Source: Octopus vulgaris | Lineage: Eukaryota | NCBI GenBank assembly: GCA_951406725.2 | Contig: OX597819.1 | Coordinates: forward strand, 59,148,001-59,212,000 | DNA length: 64,000 nucleotides | Reading direction: 5' to 3' | Notes under the pieces: generated by a model | Database searches by the model: none | Seen by the model: the letters and a program-made list of their open reading frames with translations, nothing else | What the model was told of the DNA's origin: nothing | Part shown: positions 1 to 14,533 of the stretch, one piece after another | Position numbering within the stretch: position 1 is the stretch's first letter | How the letters are laid out: every line of letters starts with the position of its first letter | Translations under genes and position numbers: made by a program

Positions 1-672
1 AAATTTATATAACATTCAATTTACACCCCCCATATATTGCAGCTTCAAGTATCAAAACACAGTGTGTGCTAAGAGGGGAAAACTGTATAAGTTTAATCAA
101 AAAGATTAATGTGGAAAACTATCTGCATCGTTTACATGTAGATATACTGGCCATAAGTCTACGACAATATCTCTATTCTCCATGAAAATATTAAAAAAAA
201 GAAACAAGAATAATAGAAAAATAAGTAAAGGAAGATGAGAAAAATAAAAACAATTTCTACCCTTATACAAACAAGAAAGAAGAAATATGATAAGCTGCTA
301 TGGTTAATTTCTAGCTACTTCTGACACACACAAACATGTTTCAATCCACATACAACTAAATGAGACAGTAGCAACAACAAATGCAAAAAAATAATACAAC
401 ATAGTGTAGAAAATAAACTTGCTACTTTCTAAACTAACACAATAACAAATAAGTGAGAATAGGTATAAATGAAGACATCGCTAAAGAAATAATACTTATT
501 TACTATTATATTTTTACCAACAATTACAAAAAGATGGCCATCATTCAAACTAATTAACTGTATATAGGTAGAGCTGAAGAGCTGGTATTTCGTAGATATT
601 TTTTTTTAGTTCCATCTCAGTAGCAATACAGCAGTGGACCCACTGCTGTTTGCTAGGATAATATATTAAACA

Positions 673-1036
673 TTCTTTTACTTGTTTCAGTCATTTGACT
701 GCAACCATACTGGAGCACTGCCTTTAGTTGAACAAATCGACCCCAGGACTTATTCTTTGGAAGCCTAGTACTTAGGCTGTCGGTCTCCTTTGCCAAACTG
801 CTAAGTTACAGGGACATAAACACACCAACATCGGTTGTCAAGCAGAGAGGGGACAAACTCAGACAGACACACACAACGGTCTTCTTTCAGTTTCCGTCTA
901 CCAACTCCACTCACAAGACTTTGGTCAGCCCAAGGCTATAGCTATAGCACTTGCCCAAGTTGCTATGCAGGGAGACTGAACCCAGAACCATGTGATTGAG
1001 AAAGAAGTTTCTTACCACACAACCACTCCTGCACCT
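673..1036 (-). mobile_element. tRNA-derived octopus SINE (family A)
   Basis: Full reverse-complement match to copies at 16279, 39104 and 53386; A/B-box-like head and internal (CA)n. Confidence 0.9.
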
Positions 1037-1829
1037 ACAAACAAAAAATCTTTAGAAAATAAATACAATACAAACTGCAAGGTTAGTATGGAAATAATAT
1101 TATTTTACCAATATTTTAACCATAATAATTTGACTCTCTAACATTCGAAAAGAGCAAATGTCCTCTCAATGACTAAAAAATATAGCTTATAGATTTTGAC
1201 AATTTAGCATATAAAAAAATTCAGAACCTGAAGTTCTTTGGATTGAAGTTAATGTTTTAAATAACACAAGGCCATAAAAAAAAAAGAAAAAGAAAAACAC
1301 AAAGTAAATTTGTACAAATCGTTACATCTCAAGCTCATAAATGACAGTAAACAGATTTCACAAGAGTAAATCTTTTAATGACAAGGTGAGTAAAACACTT
1401 AAAATTTCTACTCCAATAAACAAGTTAATAAAATTTTGAATCCGAAATGCAAGACAATAAAACTACCTTTTCTTTGAGCCTGTATGTTATCAAAATAAGA
1501 AGAAAAAAATCCACTTGAAAAGACTCATGACATTATCATAGTGTTACAATTTCTGGTTTATAATGCCTGCATGGTAGTTCAATTTCTCAAAGTATTTGAT
1601 GAGTTTAAAGAGCAGGTTAAGCTTAACACATAACAAATACTACTTCTCAGACAATGATAAATTCAACAAATGCCAAATCACTGCCGGCAAAGATTAATCA
1701 ATTATAATCTCTATATTACATAATACCACATAAAATAACAGCTGGGTGAGCAAAGTGAATAGGATGAAATTATATCTTCCTTACATGCCAGCATGAGTTG
1801 GATACTTTTTATGACGCCAACCATTTTAA

Positions 1830-2051
1830 CCCTTTTGATAACAACCCAGCTGAAATAGCCTCTGGCTCTGTAGTACAAATGTCTTATTTTCAAAAGTTCT
1901 GAATTAAAATCTTCCACCAAACCTTAGTCAGAATTTATGTTCCTAACACTAGCTGAATAATAACTAAGTTATTTTACTAAATTCTTTGTTATATTTAAAA
2001 TTAATTGAAAGAAACACAGAGCATCTCGAAATAAATACAATAACGAAAGGG
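1830..2051 (+). mobile_element. piggyBac-like MITE
   Basis: TTAA-CCCTTT ... AAAGGG-TTAA termini; homologous copy in reverse orientation at 17038-17259. Confidence 0.85.
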
Positions 2052-3967
2052 TTAATTACTGCCGGTTGTAGGGGCACACTGTACCTATTCTAAAACTGGA
2101 ATATACACATTAGATTATGACAACAATGATGAGACAATATACACGCACACACAGGTATGGCAGTGCAGTTATGAAGTTTACTTCACAACCATGTGGTCCC
2201 TGTTTCAATCCCACCATGTGACACCTTGGGTAAGAGACCTGTTGACTGATCTCTTGGAAGTGGAATTTGATGAACAGAAACTGTTCAGACACTTTCATGT
2301 GTGTGTGTGTGCATAAAAAAAGAGAGGGAGTCAGAGTTTGTGTTTAGATAAGTGCTGAGAAATTAACAAATATGGTAAACCAATAGAAGAATTGAAAGAA
2401 TACATGAACACTTTAATTTAGAAAAGAAAGGAAATGAAATGTCATAACAGCCATGTTGTTTTCTTCAGAAGAATTATTGTCATAAGAGAAAAAGCTAAAA
2501 TTGCAAATTAAATCAATTACAGATTTAGTTTATCGCACTCATTATCTATTTAACTTTCCCTTGTTAATTGATCATTATCATTGTCATTCACTGACTTAGA
2601 ATATGCTTTTCCATGCTGATATTAATTTAGCTTTTTGAGAGAAGAAACTCTCACCATTTATCTGTATCTAAGATCTGACTCAAGAAACAACATCCAAAGA
2701 AGCAAAACTCATTTCACTTTCGAGCTTGCCATCAAGTTCATGCTGCACATCAAACAGATTGATTCTTTCCTTTCACTCCACTGCTAGTTCTCTGCCATTT
2801 TTTCACTCTTATATAAAGGAGAATAATTTATATGGAAATCAAGCAATCAAAAATTCCTTTTAAAGAAAATTTTTGTATTTTCTACAATTGCATTAATGGT
2901 TTGAAAGCTTAGCAAAGAATGAACATAAATTGTTTACCCATTCAACTCTTCCTTAAAATGTTGCATGATATGAAGTGCTGTCTTTCCTATCACTATCTTC
3001 TAATTATAATGTATAAATATTCCCGTTGAGTAAAGAAAGGATTATCAGATCCCATGATAGCATTTGTTGAATGGATGGACAAACTGAAAGCATTGGAGGT
3101 TTTGTTAAGGATGAGGAGGAGGATGGGATATCCATTTATTTATTTGTATTTAGAGCACCTACACAAAGATTTGAAGACGTTTACATTACTTTAATTTGAA
3201 ACAAAAATATCAAATGAACAGTTGGCAGCTATTGGCAATAACTGCAGCAGAAAAAGTGCAAAGAAATCTTTGAGTACAACTACTCAAAAATGAATGGAAT
3301 TAGCGAAAGGACTGAGAACTGAACAAAGTGAAAAGCAAAAAAAATATTTTAAAATAAGCAATCATGCCAAAGCATTACAAGAAGAAAACGAACACTCACA
3401 CCCCTTAGTCTAAGTATTAACGTCTTGTTACGTGCAACAGCTATTAACCTACTAACACTGCCAGACAGATCTACTTAATAATTCATTCCATTTACATCCA
3501 ATTTGGATACGAGTTTAATTCTCAATGAATAGAGTGCTTTCAACAGTGACCATTTTCCCTATTATTTCAAGACAAAGTAACATCTACTCAGAAAATATAC
3601 TTTTGTTGTTTTGTTCCAGTTATGTTCCGAGTTAAAATTTTGTTAAAGTCAACTTTGTCTTTCATCCCTTCAAGCTTAATAAAAATAAAGTACCAGTCAA
3701 GTATTGGAGCATTCATCCATCGAAAAATGCTGGCCATGTGCCTAAATCAGAAATAATTGATATTAGGAAAATAGGTGAGTGGCTGAAACAGTAAGAGTGA
3801 CTAGTTAAATGTGTTACAGTATTTAGTTTACAACTTTATGATCTGAGTTCAAATTCTGCCAAAGTGAACTTGCCATTCTATTTCAGAGTTTCATCTTTCT
3901 TGAGTAGAAAATTGTATGATATTACAATAAACAGTAACATGATAGAGTAAGACATAGATATAATAAT

Positions 3968-4293
3968 AACAAGAGCACTCAGAGAGTGCAAACCTATGCC
4001 CTCTCAACGATTAACCGTAGATGAGTTTTAGAAAGAGAATGGGAATACTAAAAATGAACCCGACTGCTCTCAAAAATTAAGTAAAAAAAAAAAATGAAAA
4101 AAATAATCTAAAATCCTTGTCTGGAACCGGATCGATTCCAAAATCTAATCAGTTCATGCCAGTCACGAAGCCAAACATCCCTGAAAGTTTCATCTGAATC
4201 CATCCAGCGGTTCTTGAGATATCTTATCCATGGACAAACAAACAAACACAACTGAAAACAATACCTCCGACTTTGCTAAGGCAGAGGTAATAA
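3968..4293 (+). mobile_element. Non-autonomous Crypton-like element
   Basis: Termini AACAAGAGCACTCAGAGAG...ACCTCCG..GGCAGAGGTAATAA with a 3' hairpin resemble, from memory, CryptonV-type non-autonomous repeats of aquatic animals. Confidence 0.5.
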
Positions 4294-4354
4294 AGAAACT
4301 ATTAGCACCACAGTTTATAAGGACTGGCCAACATTTAAAAATGAATCAAAGTGA

Positions 4355-4753
4355 TTATAAATCACACAAAAACAAAAATATATCATATACATAACATTCT
4401 AGGAAAATTTGCCAAAAGCAAGCAAAATAATCAACATAACAGCCTTCTAACAGATACAGTAAAATAGAAGATCAGTCTAGGTTGTAGACATATGATGCTT
4501 AATATTTTATGACAATAATAAAATATAGAAGTGAATATAACAACATGTGTTTTTAATGAATAAATGACTTTATTACAACACAATTACAAATATGTATGTC
4601 GAAGTAGAAATTTCCAGCCACTGATATGCAGTTCAAGGAAACATTGAAAAAGACCCAAAGTGCAAGTTATAATCACACAAAAATATATATAATTTTTTTA
4701 AATAACATTCTCAGAAAATTTGCCAAAAGTAAGCAAAATATTCCACATAACAG
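4355..4753 (+). repeat. About 88-bp diverged direct duplication (4355-4442 and 4667-4753)
   Basis: ATCACACAAAAA...ATAACATTCT..GAAAATTTGCCAAAAG.AAGCAAAATA.TC.ACATAACAG occurs twice. Confidence 0.85.
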
Positions 4754-4891
4754 TCACATGGCATCTAATAGCTGTTGCTAGTATCTAAAGAACTCCCATA
4801 AAAGCAAGTCAGAAGATTGGATTACAATAATAAGCTGATGCTATTATTTATTTATTTTAACAGGGAGATAGCATGTGAACACTGTTATATG

Positions 4892-4893
<2 letters not shown>

Positions 4894-4940
<47 letters not shown>

Positions 4941-4955
4941 CACACACACATATAT
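4894..4955. repeat. (TA)n(CA)n microsatellite (representative; others at about 17744, 24224, 31863, 45337-45452 and 58305-58385)
   Basis: Dinucleotide runs visible directly. Confidence 0.95.
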
Positions 4956-7900
4956 TGTAATGGCAGCTATTCCCTCTTCCTGGAGTGAGAACATGAGAAA
5001 CTACTGAAGAGAAACCATTTTTATTCTACTCCCAAGTTTGTAACAACTTGATAGAAAATGTCATATTATAAACAACTTAGCTTCTATCCTGTCTGTACTC
5101 TTCGAAGTCAAAACCTTATTTCAAACACAATTCTGTAGAACGTAAGTTAAATGAGTCAATTTGAATTCAGTGAATAACTATAATGTATTATTCCAACTGA
5201 ATGGAAGCAAAGCTTAATAATTTAAGAAAATAATTTTGTATATTCAATTGTTTCAAACATCCTAACCAAAATAGTAAAGCATTATTAGCTGAAATTATTT
5301 GAAATAATTTTAAACTGCTACTCATTTTTTAATAAAGGTTAAATTTTTATGATTATGCTAATTATATAAACATGGTATTATTATTATTAAAAGTTACCTT
5401 TATCAGCAGATGAAGTTAAAGTGTTTGTTACCTTACAAATTTCAAACTCTCAATTTTTATATTCTAAAGTAATGAATTTATAGAAATGAGATGCATTTAA
5501 CAGAATTAATCTCAAAAATAGAATCAACTTCAGAGGCTATACTAGTACCCGAAAAATTTGCTTAAATAATCAATTCACAGCAAATCATTTCAACAAAATA
5601 TTTCTGTGTAAGAACGAGCTTCTTGAAATAAGTATCAAATTTAGATCTCAACCAATACCTAAACAAACTTTTTTTTAATTTTTATTTTTCAATGATGATG
5701 GGTCTGATAAAGACCATTTTCTTTGCAGTCAAGCAAATTAATGTACATTAATTAGTAAAGCTATTTTATGAGAGTATATGAACATACTGTCTCAATATTT
5801 TTTACAAAGAATATGTGTGTTTGTGAATGTGAATATGTGTGCATTAAACATTGATTTCAAATGAAAACAATTCTTAAAGCTACAATCTATATCTAAAAAT
5901 AAAAATTCTCACCATATTGATTTACTCCCAATCTGTGCATATCATTCACAAAGTAAATTTCAATTTGTTTCCAATCAAAATAGAGCTTGGTACTTTACCC
6001 TCCTGCTACACATTTTTCATCTATCAAAATAACTGCTTCGTAACTCTTTCCAACTGATGTCTATACATCAACAAATCCTTCATTCTGCTAATTCTATTTT
6101 CATGTCATGTTCATCTAACAAATTTTGCTCACAGCAACTTTACATGAAATAGTTGATTGTTAAATCAACTTCTATGATATAAGAACAGTCACTTTATGAA
6201 GATGACAATAGGAAGATTGAATCAAATGAAAAATGCCATCCAAAGACTGTGAAAAAGCAGATAGCCTTAAGTGTATTTATACTACAACAAAGACATTCAT
6301 AAAATATAAAAGCCTCCAACAATAACAGTACCAGTGTAGAAGATAAATTAAAATCTTTCTTCTGCTATTTCATTCCATCTTTTGTTGGAATACACCAGTT
6401 GAGAAGATCAATGGCTAAGGAGTTGGTAGCCAATAATATAAAACAGCTTCAATTCCTGGCTAGCAAGAAATGAAAATAAAGCTACAAAACTGGCAACTCA
6501 CTTTCCTTGAACTCTCTCTTTGAGAGCGCAGAGAGGGACCTAGATTGATTTAGTTGGTTCACACAAAAATTCAAATTGTTCTAGTGAAAAACTATAAATT
6601 TTACCTCTGTCCTTTTGTGCCACAGCCATACACATGGTTTTGCACTAACTATATGGGGCTGAGATAAGCCTTAAAAGGATTTATTGCTAAGTAAACTCAA
6701 ATCATGTCCACCTCAGGCTTGACAAAGATATATATAGTAATCCCTCACCATATCGCAGTTTAGTATTTAAGCTAATGTCAATTCCTCCATGGTGTTGTTT
6801 TGCATTTATAATAAATTATATACATAGAAATTATAAAAAATTCTTCTTTAAATATACAGTACAGCACTGCTTCTACTTCACAGAATTTCACCTATTGCAG
6901 GGTGTTTTGGAATGTAACACCTGCAATAGTCAAGGGATTACTGTATTCACTGATACCTTTGTATCCATCTCAATCCCTATCTCTAATCATGTCACACTAT
7001 TTTCACTTATCTACACAGCCACCTTTTCCTTTTATTCGTCTTTTATTCACATAGCACTGGCACCTCATATATCTCTCTCTCATTCATTTTCCAAATAGGC
7101 AAGTCATATATCCACCTCTTCAGCAAGACACCTGCTCCTTTTCCTCTATTACTGTTACTTATTCCTCCAGTCTATGCCCTGCTTGGTTGAGGGGTCATAT
7201 CTTGCTGGCACTTGGTGATCTCACTGGTGCCGGTACCACATAAAAAGCACCTATATACTCTTAAGTTGTTGGCATTAAAAAGAGCATCCAGTTGTAGAAA
7301 CCATGTCAAAGCAGACATAGAACCTGGTGCAACCCTCTGGCTTGTCTGCTCTTGTCAAGCCATCCAACCCACACCAGCATGGAAAAAAGGATATTAACTA
7401 ATGATGATGAGTGATGATTTACCAGGGTACCTCTAGGTATCTTTAACAGAGCCTAATCTGTGTCAAGTATTCAGGACAAAATTCCAGTTTGAGGATACCT
7501 TTTTTCCTCCCATTAACCACAGAGGCCTGTAAAGAGCTATGGGCACTTTTCTTCCCTCCTAAGATTAAAAAGCATATAAATGTGTGTGTGTGTGTGTGTG
7601 GATGTGCATGCTATCATCTTTTAACATCCACTTTTAGCTTTCCAGTATTGATAAACTACCACTCAATACATACTAGGGGTGATATAATTAACCTAAATCC
7701 TTGAAATTGGCACCTAACATGGCCCAGAATCCAACATTTTCTATCTCAATAAAAATTAAGCACTACAGGAAAATACACAATTCATATTAATCTGTCCTCT
7801 GCAGCTGTATATCACCATCATCATATAACATTCATGTTTCCATGCTTGGATGGGTTAGATGGAATTTGTTGAGATGGATTTTCTACAGCTAGATGCTCTT

Positions 7901-8259
7901 CCTGTCACCAACCCCTGCCTGTTTTTAAATAAAGTAAAATTTCCCCATCTCCAAACATATTTTCACAGAAGATTGGAAATGAAGGACACTGCTTGCATAG
8001 TGGCAACATTCATTTACATCTATCTTGGGAAGTTAAGGCAAGGAAATAGTAACACACACATGCATCTGTGTGTGTGCATGTGTGCATGTACATATATCTA
8101 TGATGTACATCTTTCAATTTCTGTTGACCAAATCCACTCACAAGGCATTGGTTGGCCTAAAGCTATATGAGAAGACAAGCCAAAAGTGCCAAGCACTAGG
8201 ACTGAACTCAAAACCACACAATCATGCCTATATATATTTTATTTTTTTACTTTTTTTTT

Positions 8260-8620
8260 TTGTTTCAGTCATTTGACTGCAGCCATGCTGGAGCACTGCT
8301 TTTAGTCAAAGAAATCAACCCCAGGACTTATCCTATTGTTCTCTTTTGCCGAACCACTAAGTTACAGGGACATACATCGGTTGTCAAGTGATAGTGGGGC
8401 GGAGGACAAACACATGTATGTTTATGTGTGTGTGCACATATATATATATATACAATGGGCTTCTTTCAATTTCTGTCTACCAAATCCACTCACAAGGCTT
8501 TGGCCAGTCCAAGGCTATATAGTAGAAGACACTCGCCCCAAGGTGCCTTACAGCAGGACTGAACTTGGAACCATGTGGTTGAGAAGCAAGCTTCTTACCA
8601 CATAGCTACATCTGCACCTA
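8260..8620 (-). mobile_element. SINE family A
   Basis: Same consensus; an adjacent partial copy lies at about 8105-8230. Confidence 0.88.
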
Positions 8621-11600
8621 CATATATATATATATAAAATAATACTATACACATTATCATTATTGCTCAGAATCAAGTTAGATTACCCCCATTAAGGAAA
8701 TGTTCACTGGCTAGACATCCTTAAAAGTAAATATGTGTTCAATCAATCAATTTTCTATTATTTCTAAAAAATATCATCTTGTCTAGCTCTATTTTTTTGT
8801 AATAAACTCTATATAATGTTAACTCAACCTTGTTATGATTCAAACTTGCCACTATAACCCAACACCTCCCTAATTAACCAAATGTCTCAACCATTTAAAT
8901 GATTTAACAGAACAATAGTTAATGTTATGATAATAAATGCATGGATCTTTTAAAAAGCTAACTGGAAATATATATGCAGAGAGGTACAAAAAAATTTATT
9001 AATCTTTGACTAATATTACTTTCATTTATCCAGCAAATGAGGGAGACAATTCTAGGCATGTTTTAGTCTTAATTAGACCTCATCTGTGAATTTAAAGTTG
9101 GTAAAGTTCATTTTTTTCAGTAATGAGACAGCATAATTAGAGTAACAGAATATAGAATTCATAACTGGTAAGTTGAGAGACTGACATTTTATCATCTAAG
9201 GTAACTGATTTGGGGGTTGAGCAATAAAGTATTCATAGGCATGGTATATCTAAGCTGTTGTTGCATCTGGCTGTGTGTCAGTTTGGATGTCTGTGTGCTA
9301 ATGTTTTGTAACACTATTAAAGAAAAGAAAGGGTCATCAAACAGCCCATTATTGGGAAAATGGATACACAAGCTGCAAATGCATATCTTCATAAGGTGTA
9401 CATTTTTGCTTTGTTTTGTAATTTCTAACTTGAAAACCCCTCATCTCCAGGCATAGGGGTTCGTGGTCTTGAAAGATGCATGATGACCTTATTAGTGTTG
9501 GTGGCACAAAAAAAGTACCCAGTACACACTGTAAAGGGGTTAGTGTTGGTAAGGGCATCCAGCCATAGAAACCACACCAAAGTAGACAGTTGAACATAAT
9601 GCAGTCCTTGGGCCTGCTGGATCCTGTCAAACCATCTAACCCCTGCCAGCATGAAATATGGGCATTGAATGACGATGACAACAGCGAAAATACACTGGTC
9701 ATTAGTCTTCCAACAAGCAAAGCATATTCTATTTAATTCAATATGAAACCTTTGAAAATTGAAGACAAACAGTAATATATATATAGCCATGTCTCAATCA
9801 TCTCTTCCCTCCCACACACCTCTCTCTCTCTCTCTCAACAGCTGTAAAACTGAAAACGATAATGAATAATGTTGTAAAGCATGAAGCCTTAGGCAACTGG
9901 AGTCAAGTGTCATGTACAAGGAAGCAACATACTGACTTAAGAGACATGAACTAATGAGTTATGGGCTAAGCAACAGCTATAGCACCCAGACACACATAAT
10001 ATATAACATAATGTGTAAACGTCTATAGCTTCCAGTGATAATTCTGTTAATTTCACACAGAGCTGCTTTATAATAAAAGGCAAGAGGGGAAATGACAGGT
10101 TATGTTGACTCAATCCACATTGTAGTAAACATATAATGCAGGCTAAAAGCAACACATCAGGAGCACCACTGAAAAAAATATGAATGAATTTTGTTGGGGG
10201 GGTTGTAATGAGAAAGATGGGCACCTCTTCATTAGTTTGCTTAAAATAAATACTTTACAGTCTTTAGTGGTGGGCTTACAGCCTAACGAGTTAAGTGGGG
10301 TGGCTCACCTTCAATAATAAACACAATTTAAAGCTGGTTCAGTATCAGGCCTATAAACTTTTGTGGATTATAAAAGGATTATAAAAGGCTTTGGTCCTAT
10401 AAAATGCATGGTCCTTTTGTTAAACACCTTCATCTATGATCAAATATTCTCCAGCCACAACCAACTCATATGTTTTATATTTTTGAGACAGTGTCCCTAG
10501 AACTACCTTATCTAATATGCCACTACCTAATTAAGATTTGACTGCTATCCCTAGCTGGTCAAGCATCTATGTAGAGGCTCCCTCGTTAGTTAACTTGGTA
10601 TTGTATATGTACAAACTGAATGTAACAAATATCTTTAGTTTAAAAGGTGTGTGCATATATGTTATGTATAAGCAAATGCATGCACTCACTCACATACACA
10701 CACCTCCTCACACGGTATAAACTGGCAATATGAAAAATAAACTTTTGTTCAGGGACACTCATTTTCAAACAGCACAACATTCAATAAGACTTGTGAAAAG
10801 ACAAAATCAAATGTATTAGTACAAAGCATTTCCACTAAATCTATTGTGTGTGGAAAATTAGTTGCAAATATTCTAAGTTTTCTCAACAGCATTTCACAGG
10901 AATAAGACAACAGCAATGACTCACAATCAAATTTATATACTCATTTCAATAACAAATGTTACAGCAAAGCAAGATTTTCACACAAATCCTTTATAAACCA
11001 GTAATGCTTCTATCTAACACTAAGTAGTCTAACCTAACAAGCCCAATTTTTTCTCTGTTGAAGGAACTTTACAAAATATGGAATGCAATTTTGTTTTTTG
11101 TTGTTTTTTTTTTTTGTTAGACCAACAAACAAGATAAATTTTTTATATATGTATTTAACTAGATACAAACAGAAGGTGTTTGGTGTCGTGTGTAAGGAAC
11201 AGTGCCTTTGTAAACCTATCAGCTGCACATCTCCAGTCATGGATGGGAGCACTGATCTCCAATTACTACACAGTTCTCACTAATGGCTTCCAGAAGTCAA
11301 TAGAGCACAATGATGACCATACCGTAGTACCTTGCTATAGTTTGTGAGCAAAACTAAGCGGTTATCAACAATCTCAGAAGGATTGTTATACAGGGGATGT
11401 CACCCACAAAGTGCACAAAGACTGAAATGGCAGATGAGGCAGAAGAACCTAATATGATCAGAAGGCATGACAGTAAAATGGGCTGAGCATCTGGGGCACT
11501 CTCTTGACCAAACACAGACTTGTGACCAGCCTCTGTGAAAGGGATTGGGATCCTACCATGTACATAATTGCATGGATCTTACGCTACTTGAATGGTGATT

Positions 11601-14465
11601 CTTGATATTCAATGTGCTGAGAGCTAATGATACCTATGTATGCAGTAGAAATGTAGAAGGCCTCAATATAGAGTAAGAGCATAGTTAATCAACACCAGTA
11701 TGTGGGTGGTACTTACTTCATTAGCCCTGAAAATATTTGAACATTGAACATAGACGTAGCTAAATACCACAAGGTATTTGTCTGACACTCTCATTACAAT
11801 CAATGCCTTAACCACTAAACAGAGATATGAAAGTGTTATCTTCAAATGAACTGCAGAAATATTTCTAAAGATGTGATCCACAAGTGATCTGGTCAATAAT
11901 ATTCTATAAATTATCATCTAAAATTTTTGATTAGTCATTGACCTTGAATATCAATCAATGAAACAATCATAATGGATACAGAATAAACAAAATACTATCA
12001 ACTTGCTTCCTGTTATTCTCTCATACTATATCTGCTTTTTATACTATATAACAGCTCTATACTGTAGGAATGTTCCTCTATCAAGACCATGTAGCAGCAA
12101 GTTTAATGTGAATACTATTCAGAGTCCCAACCTTAGACAGTAATTTGTCAAAGGCACCTAGAGAGCCTTTGACAATGTATGTGAAATGATTTGACTAAGC
12201 AGAAAGTTGAAAGAACTCCTGGAATCATCTTGTTAATAGCTTACTTCATAGCACTTGATGTTACTGTTATAAGAATCAGGGGTTCATGGAATTATTGAAG
12301 ATGAATACTTGAATAATAAAAACCAACCAGCTTTCTGTTATGTACTGACAGAAGTTTAAATAATAATGTAAAAAAATTCCATAAAATTCTTTCTCTACAC
12401 AAAATTCCATTACATGAAGAGATCTGTGGATGGCAGGGAACTGAGCCAAAAGTATCTACTCCAATTAAATATTTCCAGAGTCATAACATTATTAACGCAG
12501 TCACTGTGCAATCAATACAATTAATTAATGTCAAATCTGTACACTATGAGGTGATTCGAAATATGGTTAGTAAGCCCCAGCTTACATGTCAACTAGGAAA
12601 TTAGATTAATTATCAAGGTAATGGATGATGTTAGGGGAGAGCCATCACTGATGTTATACACTATGTAAATGTGTTCATTATCTGAAATTACTCTAAGCAG
12701 ACAATAATTACAAATTCAATATTTAAGAGAATATCTAGAATGCTGAAGCAACAGCGTGTTAAACTAAATGTCTTATGCAACTTAGTTACATGAGATTCTG
12801 TGTTCAAATCCTGGTGTGGTCAACTTTGCATTTCTAACTTCTGGGATGAATAAAGTAAGTACTAAGGATATGGCCCTGTGGTTAAGGAAGAAGCTTCACA
12901 ACAATGTGAGTTCAGGTTCAAGTCACTGTGTGATACTCAAAGAAAGTGTTCTCTATTATAGCCTGGAATTGACCAGTACCTTGAGAGTGAAATTTGTTAA
13001 ATGGAATTTCTATGGAGGCCCATCTTGTTTATTTGTATTTATGCACACGTATGTATATACATACATATTAGCATGCTGTGCTAGAAGATATGCACATCTC
13101 AAGACGAATTCAGGTTCTGTCAAACCATCCAACACAACTCATCTAACACCCATTCTTCCACCTCTTCCCTACCCCTAATCATCTATCACACTTATCCTAC
13201 ATGTCTATTTCTGTCCTATTCAATCTTTCATACTCGACCTCATATCTCTATCTCTATCCAGATGGGTAATCCACGTATTCAACTCATCAAGACATCTGGT
13301 CTTGTCTCTCTATCTCTAGTAATTTTTTTAGCCCTCCATTCGATACCCTACTCAGTTGAGGGGTCTTGCTGGTACTTAGTGACCTCACCACTGCTAGTGT
13401 CACATAAAAAAGCACCCAGTGAAGCACTCTGTGAAGCGGTTGGCATTAAGAAGGCATCCAGTTGTAGAAACCATATCAAAACAGGCATTAGAACTTGGCA
13501 CAGCCTTCTGGCTCGTCTGTTCATATTGAACTGCCCAGTCCATACCAATACGGAAAACAGGATGTTAAATGATGATGATGGTGATGATATATATGTTGGT
13601 TTATGTCAAACAAATGAGAAGTACTCAATATATGATGTAGAGGATATGTTTTTTGTTTTCTTTTTGCAAGTGAAATGAAATTTGTTGAATAACTCAAGTT
13701 TCACAGCACAATGATCTTCAGGCAAGGTCTTCAATTTTCGCAAACACTCAGTTTTAATAAAAAAAATTTTTTAAACTATACATATATCTTTTGTCTTTTC
13801 TTTTTACAAGTTTCAATCATTGAAGGGTTTGGTTGAATAAATTGACCCCAGTACTTATTTTTAACCCTGATACATACTACTGAAGCACTAAGTTACAGGG
13901 ATGTAAACAAATCAATACCAGTCGTCAAACAGTGGATGGACATAAACACAAAGACACTAATATACACACACACACACACACACACATACATACGTACATT
14001 TATGACACGTTTCTTTCAGTTTCCATCATCAAGGCTTTAGTAGTGACGCAGTGGGACAGAATTCAAAGCGATTTGCATGGGAAGGTAGCTTCTTGCCAAA
14101 CAGCCAAGCCTCTGTGTTTTTATGTGTGTGTGTGTGTACGCACATGAGAAATTACAATAAACAGATGTTAATATTAATTGTCACATTTATTCTATATACC
14201 ATAACAAGTAATACCACTAAGTATAGTAGTTGCTTAACTACTATACTGAAAGCAGACTGGACAATGATAATGTATGTGGAGCACTAAACTTAGTCAAACA
14301 CCTATTTATACACACAAACATATATACACACACACAAATATACATGCGTATTAGGTTTACGTGTATAGCAGTGGAAGATAAACACAAAAGTAAGAAAATA
14401 GTCAATGAAGAAAAATACCTTATGGTATTTACTCCATCCAAGTTATACAATCTCTTGACGCTCAC

Positions 14466-14533
14466 CATAAAAAGAGCAGTGAACAAATGCTGGACCCATT
14501 GGAATCCTATAGACAACGATGATATAATGAAAG
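14466..14533 (-). other. Candidate internal exon of a minus-strand transcript
   Basis: T-rich tract plus TTTTAG acceptor at 14534-14535; ATG|GTGAGC donor at 14465, with an alternative AAG|GTATTT donor at 14418. Confidence 0.4.

Noticed and set aside
12146-12176. 11-bp inverted repeat TTGTCAAAGGC/GCCTTTGACAA
   Set aside because: Too short to separate from background, with no supporting context.
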